DNA of 45,633 nucleotides. Origin: a virus. Positions 16,501 through 23,592 of this stretch are shown piece by piece. Both the position numbers and the translations under genes were made by a program. The stretch is taken from positions 1 to 45,633 of IMG/VR virus record IMGVR_UViG_3300043119_000202. The stretch is one strand, 5' to 3'. Below the pieces are notes generated by a model. That model saw only the letters and a list, made by a program, of their open reading frames with translations, ran no database searches and was not told where the DNA came from. Every line of letters begins with the position of its first letter. Position 1 is the first letter of the stretch.

Positions 16501-16797
16501 ATGGCAGACGATATGAGCAGCATTCCGCCGCGCGTGGGAAGCCTGGAAATGGAAGTTCACACAGTCAAGCACCGGATAACGATGCTTGAGGATACCCATC
16601 GTGAAATTCCGCATAGGGTGACGAAAGTAGAGATTGCTGTAGAGCGTCTGCCAGCCATCGATAAGCGCCTGGAGCAGCTTGAGGATCAGGTGGCCAAGGG
16701 GTTTAACAAAGTATTGGGCGCAGTTGGTGGTGCCGGCTTCATACTTGGCATGATCGAGTACGGGCCTAAGCTGCTGAAAATTTTAGGGGGTAGCTGA
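16501..16797 (+). CDS. XhlA-like membrane protein (lysis accessory, putative)
   Basis: Coiled-coil N-terminal part and a single C-terminal hydrophobic helix (GAVGGAGFILGMI). Lies immediately upstream of the endolysin and holin. Confidence 0.45.
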   Translation: MADDMSSIPPRVGSLEMEVHTVKHRITMLEDTHREIPHRVTKVEIAVERLPAIDKRLEQLEDQVAKGFNKVLGAVGGAGFILGMIEYGPKLLKILGGS

Positions 16798-16937
16798 TGC
16801 AGATGGCGGGGTGGATCGTCGCGGTAGCATTGGCTTTGGTTAAGGATAGCGAACGCGCAGCCGTGGCGAATGAATGCCGGCAGGGTGGGGCGTTTGTCAG
16901 CAAGCGGACAGGTTTTGAATGCGAGGTTAAGCGATGA
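16797..16937 (+). CDS. 46-aa membrane peptide (not in the ORF track)
   Basis: ATG overlaps the upstream stop (cTGATGc) and its stop overlaps the endolysin ATG (gcgATGA). Hydrophobic N-terminus MQMAGWIVAVALALV. Confidence 0.4.
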   Translation: MQMAGWIVAVALALVKDSERAAVANECRQGGAFVSKRTGFECEVKR

Positions 16938-17404
16938 ACATTGAACGAGCGCTGGAAATACTGCTTAGGCATGAAGGCGGATATGTTGACCACAGTTCCG
17001 ACCCGGGCGGCGCAACGAATCACGGCATCACTGAGCGCGTGGCCCGCAAGCACGGCTACACAGGACACATGCGCGACCTGCCGCTGAGTATGGCCATAAC
17101 GATCTACCGCAAAGACTACTGGGACGCCATTCGTGCCGACTCGCTGCCGGACGCTATCAGGTTCCACGTGTTTGACGCGGCAGTGAATAGCGGCGTAACT
17201 CAGGCAATCAAGTGGTTGCAGCGCGCTGGCGGGGCTGTAGAGGATGGCATCATCGGGCCGCGCACTATTGCCGCTGCCGCACGGGTGACGCCGGCGAAGT
17301 ACAGCGCTATCCGTCTGCGGTTCATGACCGGGCTGCCGACCTGGGGCGCGTTCGGGCGCGGATGGGCGCGTCGCATTGCCGACAACTTGGAAATCGAATC
17401 ATGA
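16934..17404 (+). CDS. Endolysin, glycoside hydrolase family 108 with PG_binding_3-like C-terminus
   Basis: The GH108 signature LRHEGGYVDHSSDPGGATNHGIT is present. Confidence 0.85.
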   Translation: MNIERALEILLRHEGGYVDHSSDPGGATNHGITERVARKHGYTGHMRDLPLSMAITIYRKDYWDAIRADSLPDAIRFHVFDAAVNSGVTQAIKWLQRAGGAVEDGIIGPRTIAAAARVTPAKYSAIRLRFMTGLPTWGAFGRGWARRIADNLEIES

Positions 17405-17838
17405 GCATCATAGCCGCCGCAACCGCCCTGCTGCCTACCCTGACCGGCATCCTCGACAAGGTAATCCCAGACCCCGAGGCGCGCGCCAAGGCACAGCTTG
17501 ACCTTCTGCGATTGCAGCAGGAAGGCCAGTTCAAAGAGCTGGACGCACAGCTACAGGTCAACCTGGCACAGGCCGAGATTAACAAGATCGAAGCCGCCAG
17601 CCAGTCGGGGTATCAGGCGGGCTGGCGACCACTGGCCGGGTACGTGTGCGTGGCGGGGCTGGCCTATGAGTTCCTGTTGCGTCCGCTTCTGCCGTGGGCG
17701 TTGAACGTGTATGGCGCTGATGCACCGGCCCTGCCGTCGCTCGATGGCGTGCTGTTTGAGCTGATGTTCGGCATGCTAGGCCTGGGTACGCTTCGCACGG
17801 CTGACCGCTGGAAGCGGATGAATGCGCTCAGCAAGTAG
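17401..17838 (+). CDS. Holin (3-TM, DUF3154-like)
   Basis: ATG 17401 overlaps the endolysin stop (ATGA). N-terminus MSIIAAATALLPTLTGILDKVIPDP and C-terminal hydrophobic helices fit the 3-TM holin family (from memory). Confidence 0.65.
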   Translation: MSIIAAATALLPTLTGILDKVIPDPEARAKAQLDLLRLQQEGQFKELDAQLQVNLAQAEINKIEAASQSGYQAGWRPLAGYVCVAGLAYEFLLRPLLPWALNVYGADAPALPSLDGVLFELMFGMLGLGTLRTADRWKRMNALSK

Positions 17839-17887
17839 CGCCCCGCTTCCATCCGTGCCATACTAACCGCACTCCTAGTGGTACTTC

Positions 17888-17912
17888 GCCCGTCTTCGTG
17901 ACGGGCTTTTTT
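17888..17912. terminator. Convergence terminator between the late (+) and early (-) arms
   Basis: gcccgtc-ttcgt-gacgggc followed by tttttt on the plus strand. On the minus strand the hairpin directly follows the TAA of the 55-aa HTH gene. Confidence 0.8.
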
Positions 17913-18078
17913 ATGCCAGTTCGCCACTCCCAGCCACCTGCCGAACCGCCAGCACATACCACGCCGGCGCTTCGTCTGTAGACTCATAATTCTGGATCGT
18001 GCGCCTGCTGAGCTGCAAAAGGGCAGCTAGCTGGCGCTGTGTTAGGCCGGTTTGGTGGCGTAGGGTGCGGATGGTCAT
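17911..18078 (-). CDS. 55-aa XRE-type helix-turn-helix protein (Aca-like or Cro-like; not in the ORF track)
   Basis: Hand translation: MTIRTLRHQTGLTQRQLAALLQLSRRTIQNYESTDEAPAWYVLAVRQVAGSGELA. The ATG overlaps the upstream stop (ATGA). The stop abuts the terminator. Confidence 0.6.
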   Translation of the reverse strand: MTIRTLRHQTGLTQRQLAALLQLSRRTIQNYESTDEAPAWYVLAVRQVAGSGELA

Positions 18079-18278
18079 CGGATCACCGGGCGGCGCGCAT
18101 AAATAAAGCTCTTAAGATAACGTGCGCGATTCATTTCTTTCGCTGCCATTTCTCTCGCACGGTCTGCGGCGATGTTTTGGCCTGCGCGATCAGCTGCACG
18201 AGAAAAACGCATCTTGCGACGGGCGCTTTCTACGCAGGCGGCCATTTCTTCCTTCTGTTTCCAAAATGCAGCAGCCAT
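18075..18278 (-). CDS. 67-aa Arg/Lys-rich helical protein, unknown function
   Basis: ATG 18278 is preceded by ggggaaaag. The longer ORF-track start at 18392 would include the promoter at 18322..18350. Confidence 0.5.
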   Translation of the reverse strand: MAAAFWKQKEEMAACVESARRKMRFSRAADRAGQNIAADRAREMAAKEMNRARYLKSFIYARRPVIR

Positions 18279-18321
18279 ATCTTTTCCCCTAGTGATTCCC
18301 AGTTTCTCCGGGCTTGGCGTC

Positions 18322-18350
18322 ACTATAGGCGCAGTTGTTGCGCCTGTAAA
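18322..18350 (-). promoter_or_regulatory. Sigma70-like promoter TTTACA-17-TATAGT with an inverted repeat filling the spacer
   Basis: The minus strand reads tttaca ggcgcaacaactgcgcc tatagt. Inverted repeat AGGCGCA-N5-TGCGCCT lies at 18327..18345. Confidence 0.55.
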
Positions 18351-18485
18351 CACCCTTACGATATTTTTTATTCGACGACTGCACCCGGCCAAATCGACCG
18401 CGCCACCTCTAGCGCGTCCTCGGTGTCTTCCATCAAGATCATGATGAACGGCGCGCGACCCGGTATTAGGACGCGCCAGATTCTT

Positions 18486-19151
18486 TTATTCATTGAGCCA
18501 CCTGCCCCACTGATCGCCCATTGCGGCGGCAATGCCTGGATATGTGGCGCTTCTTTCTAGCCAGCGATCAGCGCCAGGGATGAGTCGGTTCTGGCCGCTG
18601 TCCGTCTGGTTTGCCCAGCGCGGTCGCCCATTAACCATGCGCGGCTCGGCGTATCGCGTAGGCTTCAGTAGCGGGACACCATCGCTCAACCATAATCCGG
18701 TTGCCTTGCTGGCGTCGTCGCCGAATTGGTACGGCTGGACGATCTGCGACGGTTTGCGGATCGCCTTACTTACGAATGACTTGCCTGGGTTCTCGATTGC
18801 TACCGGGAAAGGCAACGCCAGCAACTTGCGGAAGTTATCCAGCGCTTCGTCACGGGCTGCACGGCGCTCGGCACCCACTAGGGTTCCGGGCTTGACCTTT
18901 TGATGATATGGCCCGTCTGTAAAAGCCCAAGCTGCTGAGCAAGTCAGATAAGTACACATAGGATGAAGAACAGCAAAGTCCCATCTATCCGAAAGCATAT
19001 CCCAAACGTCTCCCAGGTAGTGAAACAGCGCATTATCACGCGACGGCAGCAAGTCGCACGTCCACACTTCATGACCATGCGCTTCAAACGCCTTGCGCGT
19101 CAGCGGGCACGCGCTGTATCCAATCAATACTTTACTCACTCTGCCACCCAT
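18486..19151 (-). CDS. Compact DNA (cytosine-5)-methyltransferase-like protein
   Basis: KVLIGYSACPLTRKAFEAHGHEVWTCDLLP...GDVWDML...FAVLHPMCTYLT (PC-like motif) and AIENP (ENV-like motif). The start is uncertain: ATG 19151 or GTG 19139. Confidence 0.65.
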   Translation of the reverse strand: MGGRVSKVLIGYSACPLTRKAFEAHGHEVWTCDLLPSRDNALFHYLGDVWDMLSDRWDFAVLHPMCTYLTCSAAWAFTDGPYHQKVKPGTLVGAERRAARDEALDNFRKLLALPFPVAIENPGKSFVSKAIRKPSQIVQPYQFGDDASKATGLWLSDGVPLLKPTRYAEPRMVNGRPRWANQTDSGQNRLIPGADRWLERSATYPGIAAAMGDQWGRWLNE

Positions 19152-19614
19152 TCCCCTTCGGCGGCACAGGCTTACGCCGCACAAACTCTACCGTCTCACC
19201 CCGGGCGCGCAGCCATGCCGTCAACGGCTGCGGCGTGCTCCAGCCTATCGCCCTGGCCACCTCTGATTTTGTCATACGCCTGGCCATGCTGCGTATTGCA
19301 GTTGCTGCCGGCACGCCATGGCGCGCTTCGTATCTTGCCGCTATGCCAGTCGGCTTGCTCAGCTTGGCGCGCCTGATCCGCTCGATTCGCTCAGCGCTGT
19401 GCGGCCCGCGCTCGCGCTGGACGTTGCACTTGCCATGCGCCGGCCATTCGATCACTACGCCGTGTCGCTTGATAAGTCGGCGAAACGATGACGGCGAGCT
19501 ATAGCCAAGAATGCCGGCAGTGGTGTCACAGCCGTAACCGTCTGCCGCGTAGCCGCGCACGACTTCCCAGAAGGGTTCGCCGTATTCCTGTTCTACCTGC
19601 TCTATGATGGTCAT
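19132..19614 (-). CDS. Hypothetical DNA-binding-like protein (160 aa)
   Basis: Clean ORF with ATGA coupling upstream. Basic C-terminal half. Confidence 0.55.
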   Translation of the reverse strand: MTIIEQVEQEYGEPFWEVVRGYAADGYGCDTTAGILGYSSPSSFRRLIKRHGVVIEWPAHGKCNVQRERGPHSAERIERIRRAKLSKPTGIAARYEARHGVPAATAIRSMARRMTKSEVARAIGWSTPQPLTAWLRARGETVEFVRRKPVPPKGNGWQSE

Positions 19615-20567
19615 GCTGGCACCCGCTCCGGCACGGCCTCAGCCCGCTGGCAATGCCCGCACTGCCACGTCCACACGCCATCCATAGCGACCAGCTCCAT
19701 CGGCTGATAGTGGCACTTCGGCGGCTCCACTACGCGCCCGAGCGCCGCCAGAACCGGAACGCCCGGATGAATGTCGAGCGCATCCGTCACGCGCTGCACG
19801 ATGTTGACGGCGCACTGCAACACGGCCTGGTCGCTCTCCATCCTGGAAAGCGCCTTAACCTTCGGCTGGTGCTCCATGCAGACCTTGAAGCGCACGTCCT
19901 TGGCTAGCTGGCGGATGGCGGCGGCTGTGCCGTGGAATTTCAGCGACAAGGCCAGCATCAGCGTCAGGTCGATAGCGTTGTATTGCATCGAGGTGGTGCG
20001 CTGGAGCCAGCGGGGGAGGGTTATGGGGTTGGGCATGGTTAGGTGTCCTGGTGGTATGTAGCGAGGGCGCTTTGCGATTTCGCTGACCATCTCTACAGAA
20101 TGGATTGGCATATCGCGCTCGTCTTCGATAAAGGCGTCCGCACGCATCTCGATCTTCTCCAGCGCCTCCACCAGCGCCCGCAAGTCCGGGCCTGACTGCG
20201 GGGTGGTGCTGAACACCTGCTGATTTGCCGGAATATTCTCGCGCATCTTCATGCCGGCCAGCACAGTGCTCAGCGGGCATCCGCGCTTGATCTTGGTTGC
20301 GGGAGGAAGCATCACGTCGCACGGAATGCGCTGTTCCAGCAATCCCCGCGTCGCCTCAAGCTGGGTGCGCAGCTCGTAACCCTGCTGCATCAGCCTGGGC
20401 ATTCCCTCTTCGACTGTGCGCTTCAGGCGCCCATTCTCAGCCCGCAGCGCCTCGGCCTCTGCGCGCATGGCGTCGTAGTCGGTTGCAAGCACTAAAACCA
20501 CGCCTTGCTGGATTTCTAGGTATGCAGCAGCGATTGGCCCAACTGTAATTCGTCTTGCGTCGGTCAT
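19611..20567 (-). CDS. Hypothetical protein with an N-terminal ATDYDA coiled-coil module (318 aa)
   Basis: ATG 20567 has RBS aagagga. The ORF-track start at 20603 overlaps the upstream gene. Confidence 0.6.
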   Translation of the reverse strand: MTDARRITVGPIAAAYLEIQQGVVLVLATDYDAMRAEAEALRAENGRLKRTVEEGMPRLMQQGYELRTQLEATRGLLEQRIPCDVMLPPATKIKRGCPLSTVLAGMKMRENIPANQQVFSTTPQSGPDLRALVEALEKIEMRADAFIEDERDMPIHSVEMVSEIAKRPRYIPPGHLTMPNPITLPRWLQRTTSMQYNAIDLTLMLALSLKFHGTAAAIRQLAKDVRFKVCMEHQPKVKALSRMESDQAVLQCAVNIVQRVTDALDIHPGVPVLAALGRVVEPPKCHYQPMELVAMDGVWTWQCGHCQRAEAVPERVPA

Positions 20568-20569
20568 AG

Positions 20570-21031
20570 TCAATCCTCTTGCGGCCAGGCGCCCCAGCCC
20601 CATGCTTGTTTGTCCTCAGTTGGATGCTTGTCGGTACGAGGTCTGCTCGGGCAATCCCAACTGCGACCCTTGACCATCCACAGCATCTTCCATCCGGCAG
20701 CACGAAGACTCGCGCCGGATTCCGATGCCAAAATGTATGTAAGACCACGCCGAAAGCCTTTCGCTTCTGCTGCGCGCTTGCTCGCCGCGTACAGGATGCT
20801 GCACGCGTTCTGAGTGCCGTCAGTGCAAAGGCGAGTGACCTCACACGTCAGGCCATCATCCAGTGCGCGGGCCACAGGCCTTCCAACGCATGCGACTCCG
20901 ACCAAAACCCCATCGTCGTTGTGCACGGCGTGGCGCCATAGCTCTCCGACCGGTGCGCCGTGGTGCCGATGCTTTTCCTTGATGTATGCGTGGGCCTGAT
21001 CGCGTGTTATTGGGCGTAATTCAAGACGCAT
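20570..21031 (-). CDS. GNAT-fold protein of the XF1762 / Mom-like type (putative DNA- or protein-modifying acyltransferase)
   Basis: AHAYIKEKHRHHGAPVG...GVACVGRPVARALDDGLTCEVTRLCTDG...SILYAASKRAAEAKGF...TYILASESGASLRAAGW matches the family pattern recalled from memory. TGATG coupling upstream, after aaggagaggtg. Confidence 0.45.
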   Translation of the reverse strand: MRLELRPITRDQAHAYIKEKHRHHGAPVGELWRHAVHNDDGVLVGVACVGRPVARALDDGLTCEVTRLCTDGTQNACSILYAASKRAAEAKGFRRGLTYILASESGASLRAAGWKMLWMVKGRSWDCPSRPRTDKHPTEDKQAWGWGAWPQED

Positions 21032-21330
21032 CACACCTCTCCTTCTTCGGTGGCAGCGGCGGGGCGTTGTTCCCGCTTCGCGAATTTCAGAATATCGATT
21101 TTCATGCCTATGTCGTCGAGCGCCTGGCCTTCGGCGAGAACTTCGCCTCGTTCAGAAACAATGACGCGCGTTCGCCAGCCATTCGGGTGCTCAATGAACC
21201 AAGCATGCGCAGCCAGAACAGTTCCGGCAGCGTCTGGATTTCTTGCGTACTCAGTAGTGGCGCTGTCCTTCCACCACCTGATGCCGAGTTCGTTTACAAA
21301 ATCCGGCTCCGTATCGAAAGGCGGCCTCAT
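21031..21330 (-). CDS. Hypothetical protein (99 aa)
   Basis: ATGA coupling with the upstream gene. Confidence 0.6.
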   Translation of the reverse strand: MRPPFDTEPDFVNELGIRWWKDSATTEYARNPDAAGTVLAAHAWFIEHPNGWRTRVIVSERGEVLAEGQALDDIGMKIDILKFAKREQRPAAATEEGEV

Positions 21331-21926
21331 GCCTCACCCCCATTGAGAAGGGCGTAAAGGCGCCGCTCGGCCTGCACCCTTGTGTCATGATCTTGGCTCA
21401 CCAGATCAGCCAGCAACTCCCTCGGCACGCTCACATGCGCGGACTGCTGGGCCTCGAAACCGTTGTACCACTTGCCGCCTTCCTTGAAATCGTCAGGCCA
21501 GCAGTGCTCGCAGTATTCGTTGTGGTCGCACTTGCAGTGAGTCAGGTCGCGTGCGCCCCATGCCGCCTGCTTCGCCACCTTGTACGAATGCTCGCAGCAG
21601 AACTCAGCCTTAACCGGCTCTGCGCTGGATAGCAGGGCGTCGATGCTTTCCAGTAGCGCGGGAAAAACTTTGCTACATCGTAGGCTGTCAGCGGTTTCCC
21701 GCAGCACCGCGTCGCGCTTGGCCACCTTGGCATTCAGAACTATGTGCGAATGAAGCGCGTCTTGATAGAACTCCTCCTTCACATCTAGCGCATGCCGCAA
21801 AGCACTTTTCTCACGCTCAGCCGCATCGAGCCGGGATTGCAGGGCGTCGTAGTCTGTTGCTTTCACATACTCGCTATGCTCAGGGCCATTTTTGAAAATC
21901 CAACGATTTACTTCTTGCTCACTCAT
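21327..21926 (-). CDS. Hypothetical protein with an ATDYDA coiled-coil module and a Cys/His-rich C-terminal half (199 aa)
   Basis: RBS aggaga before ATG 21926. The sequence CCEH...HCKCDHNEYCEHCW is present. Confidence 0.6.
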   Translation of the reverse strand: MSEQEVNRWIFKNGPEHSEYVKATDYDALQSRLDAAEREKSALRHALDVKEEFYQDALHSHIVLNAKVAKRDAVLRETADSLRCSKVFPALLESIDALLSSAEPVKAEFCCEHSYKVAKQAAWGARDLTHCKCDHNEYCEHCWPDDFKEGGKWYNGFEAQQSAHVSVPRELLADLVSQDHDTRVQAERRLYALLNGGEA

Positions 21927-22170
21927 TGCTGTTCTCCTGTGCGCTGGATACGTATTCCCGCAGCAACTTCATCTTGCATGCCTGGCAGACAATGCCGCTG
22001 CTCGCCTGATAGGGGATATCCAGAGCCATGACGGCAACCGCATATCCCGGCCCAACATCTCGGCCATCTCCTGGTGTTACCTGAATGCGAATCTCGCCGT
22101 CGGCTGATCCGCACTCTTTCCCGCACAGATCGCACGTCACCACGGTTACGGTTTTAGTTGTAATGCCCAT
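21919..22170 (-). CDS. Zinc-ribbon protein (83 aa)
   Basis: CDLCGKEC ... CQACK pairs of cysteines. ATG 22170 overlaps the upstream TGA (TGATG) after gggaggg. Confidence 0.55.
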   Translation of the reverse strand: MGITTKTVTVVTCDLCGKECGSADGEIRIQVTPGDGRDVGPGYAVAVMALDIPYQASSGIVCQACKMKLLREYVSSAQENSNE

Positions 22171-23207
22171 CACTCACCCTCCCGCTCACGTTTCGCTAGG
22201 AGGGCGCTAGCAGCCTCAACTGTTCTGTCGATTGAGGCTTGGCGCTTTGGCTTGTGGCTGGCGTAGGCCGCTCGGTGATGTTCTGCTGCATCAATGGCAA
22301 GATCGCGCAGGTCTTCCAGCAACTCCACCGGCACCCGCACCTCCCCGGCATCGCGGGCGGCGAGCTGGGCCAGTTCTTCGCGGTGCTCCCGACTGGACTG
22401 CTCGTTTCCGTCGAATCGCTTCTGTATTTCTGCCGCCATCAGCCGCTTGTGCTGGGCGACGGTCATGAGGGGTTCGGTTTCCCACAGTGACTTACGCTCT
22501 ACGCCGGCCTGCCATTTCTCCTGCTCGCTATGGCGGTAGCGCCACGCCACCACCTCCACCTCTTCCTGAGCCGATCCAGCAGCCGGCAGGGAAGGGGCTT
22601 CATCAGGCCGCTCAAACACGCGATTCAGCACGTCGGACAGCACTGCATAGGCGTCGGCGCAACTGGCAAAACGTGCAGCGGCTTCGCTCTGTTCACCCGC
22701 AGCGATGGTCCAGATGTCGCCGTCCAGGCTGTCAGCGTCATCGCGGAATAATCCGGCTGCGATCAGCTGCACCAGGGCGGGCTTGGCTTCGCGGTAATCG
22801 TCGGTGCTGGCAGTGAATGGGCATCCGTTGTCGCCCGCCAGCGCTTCAAGCAGGCGAACCCATACGAACTCAGGCGTGGGCGCCTGCTCAGCCTTGACGG
22901 TTGGGGCGGCCAGCAAATTAGCCAGCAGCTCAGGCGCGATCAGTTCAGCGCTCATATCGTGAAAGCAGCGGACACTCTCCAGCGCATCGGCTATTTGCTC
23001 AGCTGTCGGGATTGGCATGTAGCCATCCGGCACACCCACCGGCAGGCTGGCGCGGGTTTTCCACACAATCCAGGCGTTATTCACGTAGCGATCAACGTAA
23101 TCGCCATGCTGCTCCCGCTCAAAATTGGCCGTATACGGCCCCATGAGTCGGCTAAACGATCTCTCAAACGCCGCCCGCTCCTGATCCATCTTCTGCTGTT
23201 CGCTCAT
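22170..23207 (-). CDS. Hypothetical protein (345 aa)
   Basis: ATG 23207 follows ggaggggaag. The ORF-track start at 23225 is a GTG without an RBS. Confidence 0.6.
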   Translation of the reverse strand: MSEQQKMDQERAAFERSFSRLMGPYTANFEREQHGDYVDRYVNNAWIVWKTRASLPVGVPDGYMPIPTAEQIADALESVRCFHDMSAELIAPELLANLLAAPTVKAEQAPTPEFVWVRLLEALAGDNGCPFTASTDDYREAKPALVQLIAAGLFRDDADSLDGDIWTIAAGEQSEAAARFASCADAYAVLSDVLNRVFERPDEAPSLPAAGSAQEEVEVVAWRYRHSEQEKWQAGVERKSLWETEPLMTVAQHKRLMAAEIQKRFDGNEQSSREHREELAQLAARDAGEVRVPVELLEDLRDLAIDAAEHHRAAYASHKPKRQASIDRTVEAASALLAKREREGE

Positions 23208-23268
23208 CTTCCCCTCCAAGGGCACTTATCTGAGTTGTGATCGTCTCGACCGCAATAGCAGCAGCCGG

Positions 23269-23436
23269 TTATGCGAAATATGCCCACAATATAGCGCATA
23301 CGATGATGCCTCCCGTTACGATCAACTCGACGGGGCGCACGATATCAAGACCGCCGATCATGCGCTCGCCATAGCGGCGTTGGTTGCTGATGTGCTGCTC
23401 AACCTGTGCGCGGTTTGCTTTGGTTGCTTGTTTCAT
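23269..23436 (-). CDS. Tail-anchored small membrane protein (55 aa)
   Basis: ATG 23436 is preceded by gaggtg. C-terminal hydrophobic helix LIVTGGIIVCAILWAYFA. Confidence 0.45.
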   Translation of the reverse strand: MKQATKANRAQVEQHISNQRRYGERMIGGLDIVRPVELIVTGGIIVCAILWAYFA

Positions 23437-23555
23437 CTGCTGCACCTCGAATAAGGGCAGCGCCTGGTTATCATGGATGGCCGCTGTGCAACCGTGTTTC
23501 CGATGATAGAGCCAGTTCACTGGGAAGGGTGTGGCCGCTGGGCAGTCACGGGGTT

Positions 23556-23584
23556 AATATAAGTTATAAATTGTGGTATGGCAA
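23556..23584 (-). promoter_or_regulatory. Sigma70-like promoter TTGCCA-17-TATATT
   Basis: The minus strand reads ttgcca taccacaatttataact tatatt, in the AT-rich gap after the methyltransferase stop. Confidence 0.45.
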
Positions 23585-23592
23585 GAGGCTAA

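Noticed and set aside
18039-18560. 173-aa plus-strand ORF spanning the gap between the methyltransferase and the small cassette
   Set aside because: It is antisense to the promoter, 67-aa ORF and HTH cassette and overlaps the methyltransferase 3' end. It has no RBS, and its Cys/Arg-rich translation is implausible.
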